A stretch of DNA of 64,000 bases, taken from an uncultured Anaerolineales bacterium (GTDB lineage Bacteria > Chloroflexota > Anaerolineae > Anaerolineales > UBA6663). How positions within the stretch are numbered: the first letter of the stretch is position 1; each line of letters starts with the position of its first letter. The DNA is taken from positions 136,558 through 200,557 of the forward strand of contig CALFZO010000006.1 in NCBI GenBank assembly GCA_937952305.1, written 5' to 3'. Positions 17,137 through 25,583 of the stretch are shown one piece after another. Both the position numbers and the translations under genes were made by a program. The notes under the pieces are model-generated. The model was not told the origin of the DNA and searched no databases. It saw nothing but the letters and a program-made list of their open reading frames with translations.

Positions 17137-18129
17137 ATGACGACCCAGACCAGTTCCGATCCGCTCGCCGCGCTCGAGCCGCTGCTGCAGGATCCCGCCG
17201 TCGTCGAGATCATGATCGACAGCCCCGAGCGCGTGCTGGTGGAACGGCACGGCCGCCTGGAAGAGGCCGGCGTGCGCTTGGCCTCAGCGGAGGCGCTGCG
17301 CGCCCTGGTGGACGCCGTGCTGGCGCTGGGCGGCGAGGCCTTCCGGCCCGGCCAGACCGTCTGCGACACGCGCCTGGAGGATGGCACGCGCGTCCTGGCC
17401 GTGCTGCCGCCGACCGCCGTGGGCGGCCCGTACTTGGTGCTGCGCAAGTTCTACACGCGCGGCATGACCTGGCCGCGCCTGCTGGAATATGGCTCGCTCA
17501 GCCCGGCCGTTTACGATCTGCTGCAGAGCGCCCTGGCCGCCCGGCGCAATCTCCTGGTGACCGGCGGCACGGGCAGCGGCAAGACCACGGTCCTCAACCT
17601 GCTCGCTGAGAGCGTGCCGCCGGACGAACGCGTCATCGTGGTGGGCGAGCGCGCCGACCTGCCGGTGGAGAATCATCCGCGCCGCCTGCACCTCGAGCCG
17701 CACCGCCGCACCGGCCTGAGCTATACGGACCTGCTGTTGACCGCGGCCAAGATGCGGCCGGACCGGCTGGTGTGCGCCGAGTTCAGCGGCCCGGAAGCCT
17801 TGCACGCCCTGCAGCTCGCCAGCACCGGCTACGACGGCAGCCTGATGAGCCTGCACGCCACCGGCCCGGAGGATGCGCTGGCCCGGCTGGAGGCGCTCTG
17901 TCTGATGGCGAATGTGGGGCTTGGTTTGAGCGAGATCCGCGGCGTGATCGCGGCGGCCGTGCACGTGATCACGTGCCAGCGACGCCTGGCGGACGGCGCG
18001 CGCAAGCTGACCGAGATCGTCGAGCTGCGCGGCCTGGAGAACGACCGCTACCTCCTCCAGCCGCTCATGCGCTACGACGAGGCCAGCCGCCAGTTTGAGT
18101 TATTCGGCCGGCCGAGCTGGGCGCGTTGA
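17137..18129 (+). CDS. CpaF/TadA-family (type II/IV secretion) ATPase-like protein
   Basis: Walker A is VTGGTGSGKTTVLNLL, with a T2SSE-like core. I prefer ATG 17137 (AAGGGAGAG upstream) over the in-frame ATG at 17116 listed in the ORF track. Confidence 0.8.
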   Translation: MTTQTSSDPLAALEPLLQDPAVVEIMIDSPERVLVERHGRLEEAGVRLASAEALRALVDAVLALGGEAFRPGQTVCDTRLEDGTRVLAVLPPTAVGGPYLVLRKFYTRGMTWPRLLEYGSLSPAVYDLLQSALAARRNLLVTGGTGSGKTTVLNLLAESVPPDERVIVVGERADLPVENHPRRLHLEPHRRTGLSYTDLLLTAAKMRPDRLVCAEFSGPEALHALQLASTGYDGSLMSLHATGPEDALARLEALCLMANVGLGLSEIRGVIAAAVHVITCQRRLADGARKLTEIVELRGLENDRYLLQPLMRYDEASRQFELFGRPSWAR

Positions 18130-18132
18130 AGC

Positions 18133-19389
18133 CTAGGCCTCGCTCCGGACCTCGGCCCGGACCCACAGCAGCAGCGCCGCGCCGGCCAGCATCAGGACCA
18201 GGCCCAACCCGAAGACCACCGCGAACGGCAGCGCCAAGGTCTGCGCCAGCCACACGCCGATGAAGGGCGCCGCCAGGCCGCGCAAGCCCAGCACCGTCGT
18301 CTGCAAGGCCGAATACTGGCCCAGGCGCTCCGGCGTGGTCAACTGCATCACCGTGTTGAGGGTTCCGATATCCAGGCCGGCGTTGACCACGCCCAGGGCC
18401 GCGAAGGCCGGCGCCAGCATCCAGCCCGAGGTCGCCGCCATGTAGCTGGCCGGGATGACGGCCGCGATCAGGAAGACCAGGCGCGTCACCCAGACGCCGC
18501 CGCGCCGGTCGATCAGGCGGCCCCACAGCGGGTAGCCGGCCAGGAAGAACACCGACTGCACCAGGCCGAGCCAGCCGATCTCGCTGTAGCTCAACCCCAG
18601 CTGATCCACCTGCACCAGCGGATACAGCGCCGACCCGGAGAGCAGGCCGACCCCGAACAGGATCAGGCCGGCCAGGTAGAGACCAAAGCGCCGGTCTTCG
18701 CGCAGGATGCGCCCGAATTCGCTCGGATTGGCCGGCGCGCTCTCCGGCACGTCGGCGTCCGCGAACCGCAGGCGGCTGAACACCAGGGCCGACAACACCG
18801 CCAGGCCCCCCACCACCGGGAACAGCACCTGGTAGCCGGCCGTGTCCAGCAGCCAGCCGGCCAGCGGCGTAACCAACAGGCTGGTGGTGGACATCCCCAC
18901 GCGGATCAGGGCCAGCACCCGGCCGCGCGACCGGGCCGGGTACACGATCTGCATCAGGCGCGTGTAGACGGGCACCGGGAAGCTCTCGGCGATCCAGAAG
19001 AACAGCGTCAGCCAGCCGAGCGCCTGCGCGCCGTTGATAAACGCGATCAGCACGAACAAGCCGCGCGAGATCACCCAGAAGGTTATGCCGAAACGCAGCA
19101 GCCCCTGGCGGCGCGGCATCACCAGCACGCTCACCGACGTCAGCAGGAAGCCAATGAAATTCTGGGCCAGGTAAAACGCGATCCACTCCGGCGAGGCCCC
19201 CAGCCGGCGCAGGACCACCGGCAGGAAGCCCAGCCCGGCCACGAACGGCCCGAACAGCATGGCCGCCACGATCTCGACGCGCATATTGCGCCGGACCAGC
19301 GGTGGCAGCAGCCCGGTGGCGCGCGCCTCCCAGGCCTCCAACGTGGCGCCCAGGGCGCCGAATGGCTCTTTCATCTGCAATGGCCTCAA
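18133..19389 (-). CDS. MFS transporter
   Basis: 418 aa with about 12 hydrophobic helices and MFS-like loops. The ORF-track start is TTG at 19389. ATG at 19374 with GAGG upstream is an alternative. The stop lies 3 nt from the convergent CpaF-like stop. Confidence 0.85.
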   Translation of the reverse strand: MRPLQMKEPFGALGATLEAWEARATGLLPPLVRRNMRVEIVAAMLFGPFVAGLGFLPVVLRRLGASPEWIAFYLAQNFIGFLLTSVSVLVMPRRQGLLRFGITFWVISRGLFVLIAFINGAQALGWLTLFFWIAESFPVPVYTRLMQIVYPARSRGRVLALIRVGMSTTSLLVTPLAGWLLDTAGYQVLFPVVGGLAVLSALVFSRLRFADADVPESAPANPSEFGRILREDRRFGLYLAGLILFGVGLLSGSALYPLVQVDQLGLSYSEIGWLGLVQSVFFLAGYPLWGRLIDRRGGVWVTRLVFLIAAVIPASYMAATSGWMLAPAFAALGVVNAGLDIGTLNTVMQLTTPERLGQYSALQTTVLGLRGLAAPFIGVWLAQTLALPFAVVFGLGLVLMLAGAALLLWVRAEVRSEA

Positions 19390-19480
19390 GGTCGAACTTG
19401 TCTCCCCGACTGTGGCCTCACTACCCCGATCCCGGGCTTGGCCGGGATGGACTCCAGCGGGGAATTGGAGGCTGCAACTT

Positions 19481-19697
19481 GTCTGGGAGGTCGTGCCGGA
19501 CGCACCGGCGCCGGTTGATCAGCGCGCAAAAAGTCGCCGCGAGGCGGCAGGTCCAATGATAGGCGCAATCCGCAAAATCGGCGGTCGGCATCGGTGAGCG
19601 CGGATCGGGCGCGCAGAGTGTCCAGGTGCCGGCCTGGGGCTCAACCGCTTAATCCGGGGCCAGACGGCGGGTTTCGCCGGAAGTCGACCTCCCAGAC
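19481..19697. repeat. 13-bp perfect long-range inverted repeat enclosing ~190 nt of intergenic sequence
   Basis: GTCTGGGAGGTCG (19481-19493) and CGACCTCCCAGAC (19685-19697). A short CCGG/CCGG extension lies inside. Confidence 0.6.
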
Positions 19698-19714
19698 GAC
19701 CGGCCGGCGCGGGT

Positions 19715-19720
19715 TATAAT
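19715..19720 (+). promoter_or_regulatory. TATAAT -10 hexamer 6 nt upstream of the azlC GTG start (leaderless-type arrangement)
   Basis: TATAAT at 19715-19720 and GTG at 19727, with no SD between them. Confidence 0.45.
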
Positions 19721-19726
19721 CCCGCT

Positions 19727-20461
19727 GTGCACGCGCGCTCTCAATTCTTAGCCGGCCTCCGCTCAGAACTTCCCATCGCTCTGGGCGTGATCCCGTTCGG
19801 CCTCATCTACGGCGTGCTGGCCGTCAATGCCGGCCTGCCCGTGAGCGCCGCCCAGGCCATGTCGGCCATCGTCTTCGCCGGCTCGTCCCAGTTCATCGGC
19901 CAGCAGATGATCGGCGCGGGCGCGCCGGCCGCGCTGATCCTGCTCACCACGGCCATCGTCAACCTGCGCCATGTGCTGTACAGCACTTCGGTGGAACCGT
20001 ACCTCAAGCCGCTGGCGCTGCGCTGGAAACTCCTGCTGGCCTACCTGCTCACCGACGAAGCCTACGCCACCACCATCGTCAACTACCAGGCGCCCGGCGC
20101 CGTGACCTTCAAGCACTGGTTCTTCCTGGGCGCCGGCCTCACCCTGTGGACGGTCTGGCAGACCAGCACCGCCATCGGCGTCTTCCTGGGCGCGCAGGTG
20201 CCGGCCAGCTGGGCCCTGGATTTCGCGCTGGCGTTGACGTTCATCGGCCTCGTCTTTCCGGTGCTCAAAGACCGCGCCATGCTGGCGGCGGCGCTCTCAG
20301 CCGGCCTGGTGGCCGTGCTCGCCTACACGTTGCCGCTCAAGCTGGGCCTGATGCTGGCCGCGCTCACCGGTATCCTGGTCGGCGTCGCCGTGGACGCCGC
20401 GGCCGGCCGCGCCCGCCTGGCCGCCATCGAGGACCAATCGTCCTCCTCATCCGGGTCGTAG
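19727..20461 (+). CDS. azlC: AzlC-family branched-chain amino acid permease component
   Basis: 244 aa, polytopic. The AzlC-like N-terminus reads GLRSELPIALGVIPFGLIYGVLAVNAGL...FAGSSQF. Confidence 0.85.
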   Translation: MHARSQFLAGLRSELPIALGVIPFGLIYGVLAVNAGLPVSAAQAMSAIVFAGSSQFIGQQMIGAGAPAALILLTTAIVNLRHVLYSTSVEPYLKPLALRWKLLLAYLLTDEAYATTIVNYQAPGAVTFKHWFFLGAGLTLWTVWQTSTAIGVFLGAQVPASWALDFALALTFIGLVFPVLKDRAMLAAALSAGLVAVLAYTLPLKLGLMLAALTGILVGVAVDAAAGRARLAAIEDQSSSSSGS

Positions 20462-20475
20462 TCAGGAGCAAGCAC

Positions 20476-21180
20476 TTGGACGTTCAGGACAAAGTCGTGC
20501 TCATCACCGGCGCCTCGAGCGGCATCGGCCTGGCGGCCGTGCAGCGCTTCGCTCAGGCCGGCGCGCGGGTGGCCCTGGCCGCCCGCTCCGCCGACAAACT
20601 GGCGGCGCTGGCGCAGACGTTGCCGGGCGCGTTCGCCCTGCCCGCCGACCTGCGCGACCCGGACGCGGTGCGGCGCATGGTGGCCGCCGCGCACGCGCAC
20701 TTCGGCCGGCTGGACGTGCTGATTAACAACGCCGGCCAGGGCCTGCACGTCCCGGTGGAGCACGCCCGGCCCGAGGACTACCGCTCCGTGCTGGAACTCA
20801 ACCTCGTGGCGGTGCTGATCGCCATGCAGGCCGCCATCCCGCTCATGCGCGCCCAGGGCGGCGGCGTCATCGTCAACGTCAGCTCCGGGCTGACCAAGCG
20901 CATCGTCCCCGGCGTCGGGCCGTACGCGTCCACCAAGTACGCGCTCAATGCGCTGACGCTCACGGCCCGCCAGGAACTGGCCGCCGACAACATCCGCGTG
21001 GGGCTCATGATCCCGGGCATCACCGACACCGATTTCGGGCGCAACTCCATCCGGCTGCCCGGCGCGCGCCCCGGCAACTACGCGGCCGGCGACAGCGCGG
21101 AGCATGTGGCCGAGATGCTCCTGGAGGCCGTGCAGACCGAGGCCGCCGAGACGTACGCCAACGCCAGCCGGCCGCGATAG
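20476..21180 (+). CDS. Short-chain dehydrogenase/reductase (SDR)
   Basis: TTG start at 20476 with AGGAG 7 nt upstream. Motifs are KVVLITGASSGIGLA (TGxxxGxG), NNAG and YASTKYAL (YxxxK). The listed ORF 20146-21180 has a junk N-terminal extension overlapping azlC. Confidence 0.85.
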   Translation: MDVQDKVVLITGASSGIGLAAVQRFAQAGARVALAARSADKLAALAQTLPGAFALPADLRDPDAVRRMVAAAHAHFGRLDVLINNAGQGLHVPVEHARPEDYRSVLELNLVAVLIAMQAAIPLMRAQGGGVIVNVSSGLTKRIVPGVGPYASTKYALNALTLTARQELAADNIRVGLMIPGITDTDFGRNSIRLPGARPGNYAAGDSAEHVAEMLLEAVQTEAAETYANASRPR

Positions 21181-21200
21181 CTTCAGACCGCCGCCGTTGA

Positions 21201-21524
21201 TTGATGGCTGGAATGACTCTCTGGTTGCTGCTCCTGGGCATGGGCCTGATCACCTATGCCATCCGGTTGATCCCGATCCTGGCGCTGGAGCGCCGGCCGC
21301 TGCCGCCGCGTCTGCGGCAGGCCCTGCGCTTCGTGCCGCCGGCCGTGCTCTCCGCCATCATCTTCCCGGAGCTGCTCTGGCCCAGCGGCCGGCTCGACGT
21401 CTCGCTCGGCAACGACCGCCTGATCGCGGGCCTGCTCGCCATCGCCGTCGCCGTGTTCTCAAAGAACGTGCTGCTGACTATCGCCGTGGGCATGCTGGCG
21501 CTCTGGGGGCTGCAGACGTTTTGA
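21201..21524 (+). CDS. azlD: AzlD-family branched-chain amino acid transport protein
   Basis: About 105 aa with three to four hydrophobic helices and an AzlD-like LITYAIRLIPILAL motif. The start is ambiguous (TTG 21201, ATG 21204, ATG 21213). Confidence 0.8.
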   Translation: MMAGMTLWLLLLGMGLITYAIRLIPILALERRPLPPRLRQALRFVPPAVLSAIIFPELLWPSGRLDVSLGNDRLIAGLLAIAVAVFSKNVLLTIAVGMLALWGLQTF

Positions 21525-21557
21525 GGCCGGCGGCGTCCGCAAGGAGATGACGACGCC

Positions 21558-22394
21558 ATGTTGACTGTGCCGTTCTCGGACGGGACCGGCGGGCTGAGGC
21601 GCTATCCGGATTTCGCCGCGCGCCACGTGGCTGCGCGCCACGTGGACGTGTGGTGCCCGCCTGCCTACGCGGCCGACCCGGCCGCGCGCTTCCCGGTGAT
21701 CTATATGCACGACGGCCAGAACCTGTTCGATCCGGGGCTGGCGTTCCAGGGGGTCGATTGGGGCGTGGACGAGGCCGTGCGGCGGCTGGAACGGAGCGAG
21801 GGCTGGCCGGGCGCCATCGTGGTCGGCGTCTGGAACACGCCCGCGCGGCGGTGCGAGTATTGTCCGCAGAAGCCGTTCGCGTCGCCGGCCGGCCAGGCCC
21901 TGCTGGCGCACCAGGCGGAGTGGTTGGGCGGCCGGCCGTTCTCGGATCAGTACCTGAAATTCCTGGTGGACGAGCTCAAGCCTCGGATCGACGCCGACTT
22001 TCGCACGCGGCCGGGGCCGGCCGACACGTTCGTGATGGGGTCCAGCATGGGCGGCCTGATCTCGCTGTACGCCCTGGCCGAGTACCCGCACGTCTTCGGC
22101 GGCGCGGGCTGCCTGTCCACCCACTGGCCGGTGGGCGAAACGCTGCTGGTGGATTACTTCAGCGCGGCCCTGCCCGCGCCCGGCCGGCATCGCCTGTATT
22201 TCGACTTCGGCACCACCACGCTGGACGCCGACTACGAGCCGTATCAACGCCGGCTGGACGCCGCCTTGGCCGCCGCCGGTTACCGCGCCGGCCAGGACTG
22301 GCTGACGCGCAAGTTCGACGGGGCCGAGCACTCCGAGCGCGCCTGGCGTGAGCGCGTGGAGGTGCCCCTCGCCTTTCTGTTGAGGCCGCGATGA
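21558..22394 (+). CDS. Putative esterase (alpha/beta hydrolase, esterase-D/enterochelin-esterase-like family)
   Basis: 278 aa with FPVIYMHDGQNLFD and the nucleophile elbow GSSMGG. Confidence 0.8.
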   Translation: MLTVPFSDGTGGLRRYPDFAARHVAARHVDVWCPPAYAADPAARFPVIYMHDGQNLFDPGLAFQGVDWGVDEAVRRLERSEGWPGAIVVGVWNTPARRCEYCPQKPFASPAGQALLAHQAEWLGGRPFSDQYLKFLVDELKPRIDADFRTRPGPADTFVMGSSMGGLISLYALAEYPHVFGGAGCLSTHWPVGETLLVDYFSAALPAPGRHRLYFDFGTTTLDADYEPYQRRLDAALAAAGYRAGQDWLTRKFDGAEHSERAWRERVEVPLAFLLRPR

Positions 22395-23107
22395 AACGCT
22401 ACGTCATCTTCGGAGCCAGCCGCGGCCTGGGCGCGGCGCTGAGCGCGGGCGTGCCGGAACCCGGCGACGTGGCCTGGCTGATTTCGCGCAAACCGCCGGA
22501 GCTGGAGCGCGGCGACGGCGTCCGCCGCCTGTGGATCCAGGCCGATCTGGCCACGCGCGCCGCCCCCACCACGATCGCCGAGGCCCTGTACGGCCAGCCC
22601 ATCGACGTCCTGATCTACAACGCCGGCATCTGGGAGAAGACGGCCTTCTCCGACGCCTACGCCTTCGAGCAGGTGCCGCCGGCCGAGACCGAGCGCGTGC
22701 TGACCGTCAACCTGACGGCGGCCATCCACTGCCTGCAGCGCCTGCTCGCCAACGTGCGCCAGGCTGGCGGCGGCAAGATCATCCTGATCGGCTCCACCTC
22801 CGGGCTGGAGAACGCGCGCGCGCCGGAGGTGGCTTACACCGCCTCCAAGTTCGGGCTGCGCGGCGTGGCCCACGGCCTGCGCGAGGCGGCGCGCCCCGAT
22901 GGCATCGCCGTGACCGTGATCAACCCTGGCACGCTGGCCACCGACGTCGCCTATGAGGCCGGCGCGGCGGCGGCGCTCAGCCGGCACGGCCGCGCGGCCA
23001 TTCCGCTCTCCGATCTGGTGCTGTTGGTGAAGTGCCTGGCGGCGCTGTCGCCGGCGGCCTGCGTCAAAGAGATCGATTTGCCCGCCTTGGACGACCTGGC
23101 GGCTTAA
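22391..23107 (+). CDS. SDR-family oxidoreductase
   Basis: 238 aa with FGASRGLGAA, NAGI and YTASKFGL (YxxxK). The ATGA overlaps the upstream stop. Confidence 0.8.
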   Translation: MKRYVIFGASRGLGAALSAGVPEPGDVAWLISRKPPELERGDGVRRLWIQADLATRAAPTTIAEALYGQPIDVLIYNAGIWEKTAFSDAYAFEQVPPAETERVLTVNLTAAIHCLQRLLANVRQAGGGKIILIGSTSGLENARAPEVAYTASKFGLRGVAHGLREAARPDGIAVTVINPGTLATDVAYEAGAAAALSRHGRAAIPLSDLVLLVKCLAALSPAACVKEIDLPALDDLAA

Positions 23108-23120
23108 TCAGGGAGGACCC

Positions 23121-24122
23121 ATGCATCTCGACGTCACCTTCATGACCAATACCCTCGGCGAGATCGCGGCCCTGGCGCGGGCCGCCGAGGCGCTGGGCTT
23201 CGACGCCGCCTGGACGAGCGAGACCCAGCACGACCCGTTCCTGCCGCTGGCGCTGGTGAGTGAGCACACCTCGCGCCTGCGCTGCGGCACGGCCGTGGCC
23301 ATCGGCTTCGCGCGCAGCCCGCTGACGCTGGCCCACACCAGTTGGGATCTGGCCGAGCTGTCCGGCGGGCGCTTCATGCTCGGGCTGGGCACGCAGGTGA
23401 AGCCGCACATCGAGAAGCGCTTCGGCATGCCCTGGCCGGACAGCCCCGTGAACAAGCTGCGCGAGATGGTGCTGGCGCTGCGCGCCATCTGGAACAGCTG
23501 GCAGACCGGCGAGCGCCTCAATTTCCGCGGCGAGTATTTCAAGCACACGCTGATGACGCCGTTCTTCAACCCCGGGCCGATCCCCCAACCGCACATCCCC
23601 GTCTACATCGCCGGCGTCAACACCGGCCTGGCCCGCTTGTGCGGCGAGGTCTGCGACGGCTTCCACGTCCACCCCTTCCACACCGCCGGCTACCTGCGCG
23701 ACGTGCTCAGGCCCGCCATCGGCGAGGGCGCCGCCAAGGCCGGGCGCGACGCCGGGCGGATCGCGTTGGCGGCCTCGGTGTTCGTGATGACCTCGCCCGC
23801 CGACGAGGCGCTGGCGCGCTCGCAGATCGCGTTCTACGCCTCCACGCCGTCCTACCGGCCGGTGCTGGAACACCACGGCTGGACCGAGGTCGGCGAGCGG
23901 CTGTCCGCGCTGGCCGCGCAGGGCCAGTGGGGCGAGATGCCCGGCCTGGTGAGCGACGCCATGCTCAACGAGTTCGCCCTGGCCGCGCCGCTGGCCGACC
24001 TAGCCGCGCCGCTCCGGGCCCGCTACGCCGGGCTGCTGGACCGCGTCACCCTGTATCGGCCGTTCACGCCGGGGGCCGAGGACGACGCCTGGCGTAAATT
24101 GGCGGCCGGCCTGCAAGAGTAG
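23121..24122 (+). CDS. Luciferase-like monooxygenase (LLM) class oxidoreductase, probably F420-dependent subgroup
   Basis: 333 aa with the LLM TIM-barrel pattern (GFDAAWTSETQHDPF, GRFMLGLGTQV). SD GGGAGG precedes the start. The F420 assignment is by resemblance only. Confidence 0.75.
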   Translation: MHLDVTFMTNTLGEIAALARAAEALGFDAAWTSETQHDPFLPLALVSEHTSRLRCGTAVAIGFARSPLTLAHTSWDLAELSGGRFMLGLGTQVKPHIEKRFGMPWPDSPVNKLREMVLALRAIWNSWQTGERLNFRGEYFKHTLMTPFFNPGPIPQPHIPVYIAGVNTGLARLCGEVCDGFHVHPFHTAGYLRDVLRPAIGEGAAKAGRDAGRIALAASVFVMTSPADEALARSQIAFYASTPSYRPVLEHHGWTEVGERLSALAAQGQWGEMPGLVSDAMLNEFALAAPLADLAAPLRARYAGLLDRVTLYRPFTPGAEDDAWRKLAAGLQE

Positions 24123-24173
24123 TCCGGTCCGCACCGACCCACCGCCCTCAGCATTCATTACTCGGAGATCTGG

Positions 24174-25562
24174 ATGGCCCACTCTCGCCAACCCGGCCGG
24201 CTCTCGTTCCTGACCAAGCTCGCTTACGGCGCCGGCGACACCGGCCCGGCCATCGTTGCCGCCATCAACGGCTTCTTCCTGCTGGATTTCCTCATCAACG
24301 TCGCCGGGCTGCGGCCGGGCACGGCCGGCAACATCTTCCTGCTGGCCAAGGTCTGGGACGCCGTCAACGATCCCCTCGTCGGCTGGCTCACCGACAGGAC
24401 CGTCAGCAAGATGGGCCGCCGGCGGCCGTGGCTGCTCTTCGGAGCGCTGCCCTTCGGCCTGGCCTTCCTGCTGCACTGGATCGTGCCGCCGCTCGGGGAA
24501 GCCGGCAAGTTCTGGTATTACCTCGTCGTCGCCATCCTGCTGGACACGGCCATCACGGCCGTCAACGTGCCGTACGTGGCCCTGACCCCGGAGCTCACAC
24601 CGGATTACGACGAGCGCACGCGGTTGAGCTCGTTCCGCTTCGGCTTCTCGATCCTGGGCGGCGTGCTGGCGGCCTTCTTCCATACCCAGATCGTGAACGC
24701 CTTCGGCGCGAACGTGTACACGGGCAACGCCGTCAGCATCGCGATCTGGGCCGGGGTGAGCGTGGCCGGCTTCCTGGCCACCTTCTTCGGCACGCGCGAG
24801 CCAGACTACGCCACCCACGCCGCCAGCGCCCCGGCCGGGCCGGGTTTCCTGGCCGGGCTGCGCATCGTCTTCAGCAACCGTCCCTTCGTGCTGGTCACCG
24901 TCATCTACCTGCTCTCCTGGCTCACCATCCAGTTCGTCCAGAACAACCTGTTCATCTACGCGCGCGACTGGGTCGGCCTGGACGCCTCCGTCTTCGGCTT
25001 CCTGCTGCTGGCCCTGCAGTTCTCGAGCTTCATCTTCATGCTCATCTGGGCGCGCATCAGCGAGCGCATCGGCAAGAAGGCCGTCTACTACCTGGGCACG
25101 GCCGTCTTCGTGCTGGTCCTGCTCGGCCTGTTCTTCGTCCAGCGCGGCCAGACCACGCTGCTCTTCATCCTGGCCGTCATCGCCGGCGTCGGCGTCGCCG
25201 TGTGCTATCTGATCCCGTGGAGCATGCTGCCGGACGTCATCGAACTGGACGAGCTGGAGACCGGCCAGCGGCGCGAGGGCATCTTCGCCGGCTTCTTCGT
25301 CCTCCTGCAGAAGCTCGGCTTGTCGCTGGGCCTGTTTGTCTCCGGCTGGGTGCTGGACCTGTCCGGCTACATCCGCGCCGAGCCTGGCCAGGCCGTGCCC
25401 GCCCAGCCGGAAAGCGTGCTGCTGGCGCTGCGGGTGCTGGTCGGCCCGGTGGGCGCCATCATCCTGGCCCTCAGCTTCGTGGCCGCCTACCTGTACCCGA
25501 TCACCCGGGAAAAGCACGCCGAGATTCGGGCCCAGCTGCGCGAGCGCGGGCTGCCGAACTGA
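24174..25562 (+). CDS. Glycoside-pentoside-hexuronide (GPH):cation symporter family transporter
   Basis: 462 aa, 12-TM-like. The MelB/GPH N-terminal signature reads KLAYGAGDTG...LLAKVWDAVNDPLVGWLTDRT...GRRRPW. Confidence 0.85.
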   Translation: MAHSRQPGRLSFLTKLAYGAGDTGPAIVAAINGFFLLDFLINVAGLRPGTAGNIFLLAKVWDAVNDPLVGWLTDRTVSKMGRRRPWLLFGALPFGLAFLLHWIVPPLGEAGKFWYYLVVAILLDTAITAVNVPYVALTPELTPDYDERTRLSSFRFGFSILGGVLAAFFHTQIVNAFGANVYTGNAVSIAIWAGVSVAGFLATFFGTREPDYATHAASAPAGPGFLAGLRIVFSNRPFVLVTVIYLLSWLTIQFVQNNLFIYARDWVGLDASVFGFLLLALQFSSFIFMLIWARISERIGKKAVYYLGTAVFVLVLLGLFFVQRGQTTLLFILAVIAGVGVAVCYLIPWSMLPDVIELDELETGQRREGIFAGFFVLLQKLGLSLGLFVSGWVLDLSGYIRAEPGQAVPAQPESVLLALRVLVGPVGAIILALSFVAAYLYPITREKHAEIRAQLRERGLPN

Positions 25563-25583
25563 TCTCTCATCGGTAAACTGCCG

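Noticed and set aside
19481-19697. MITE / miniature transposable element (13-bp terminal inverted repeats about 216 bp apart)
   Set aside because: There is no target-site duplication at the flanks, no second copy in the window and no transposase nearby. I kept it as a possible RNA structure instead.
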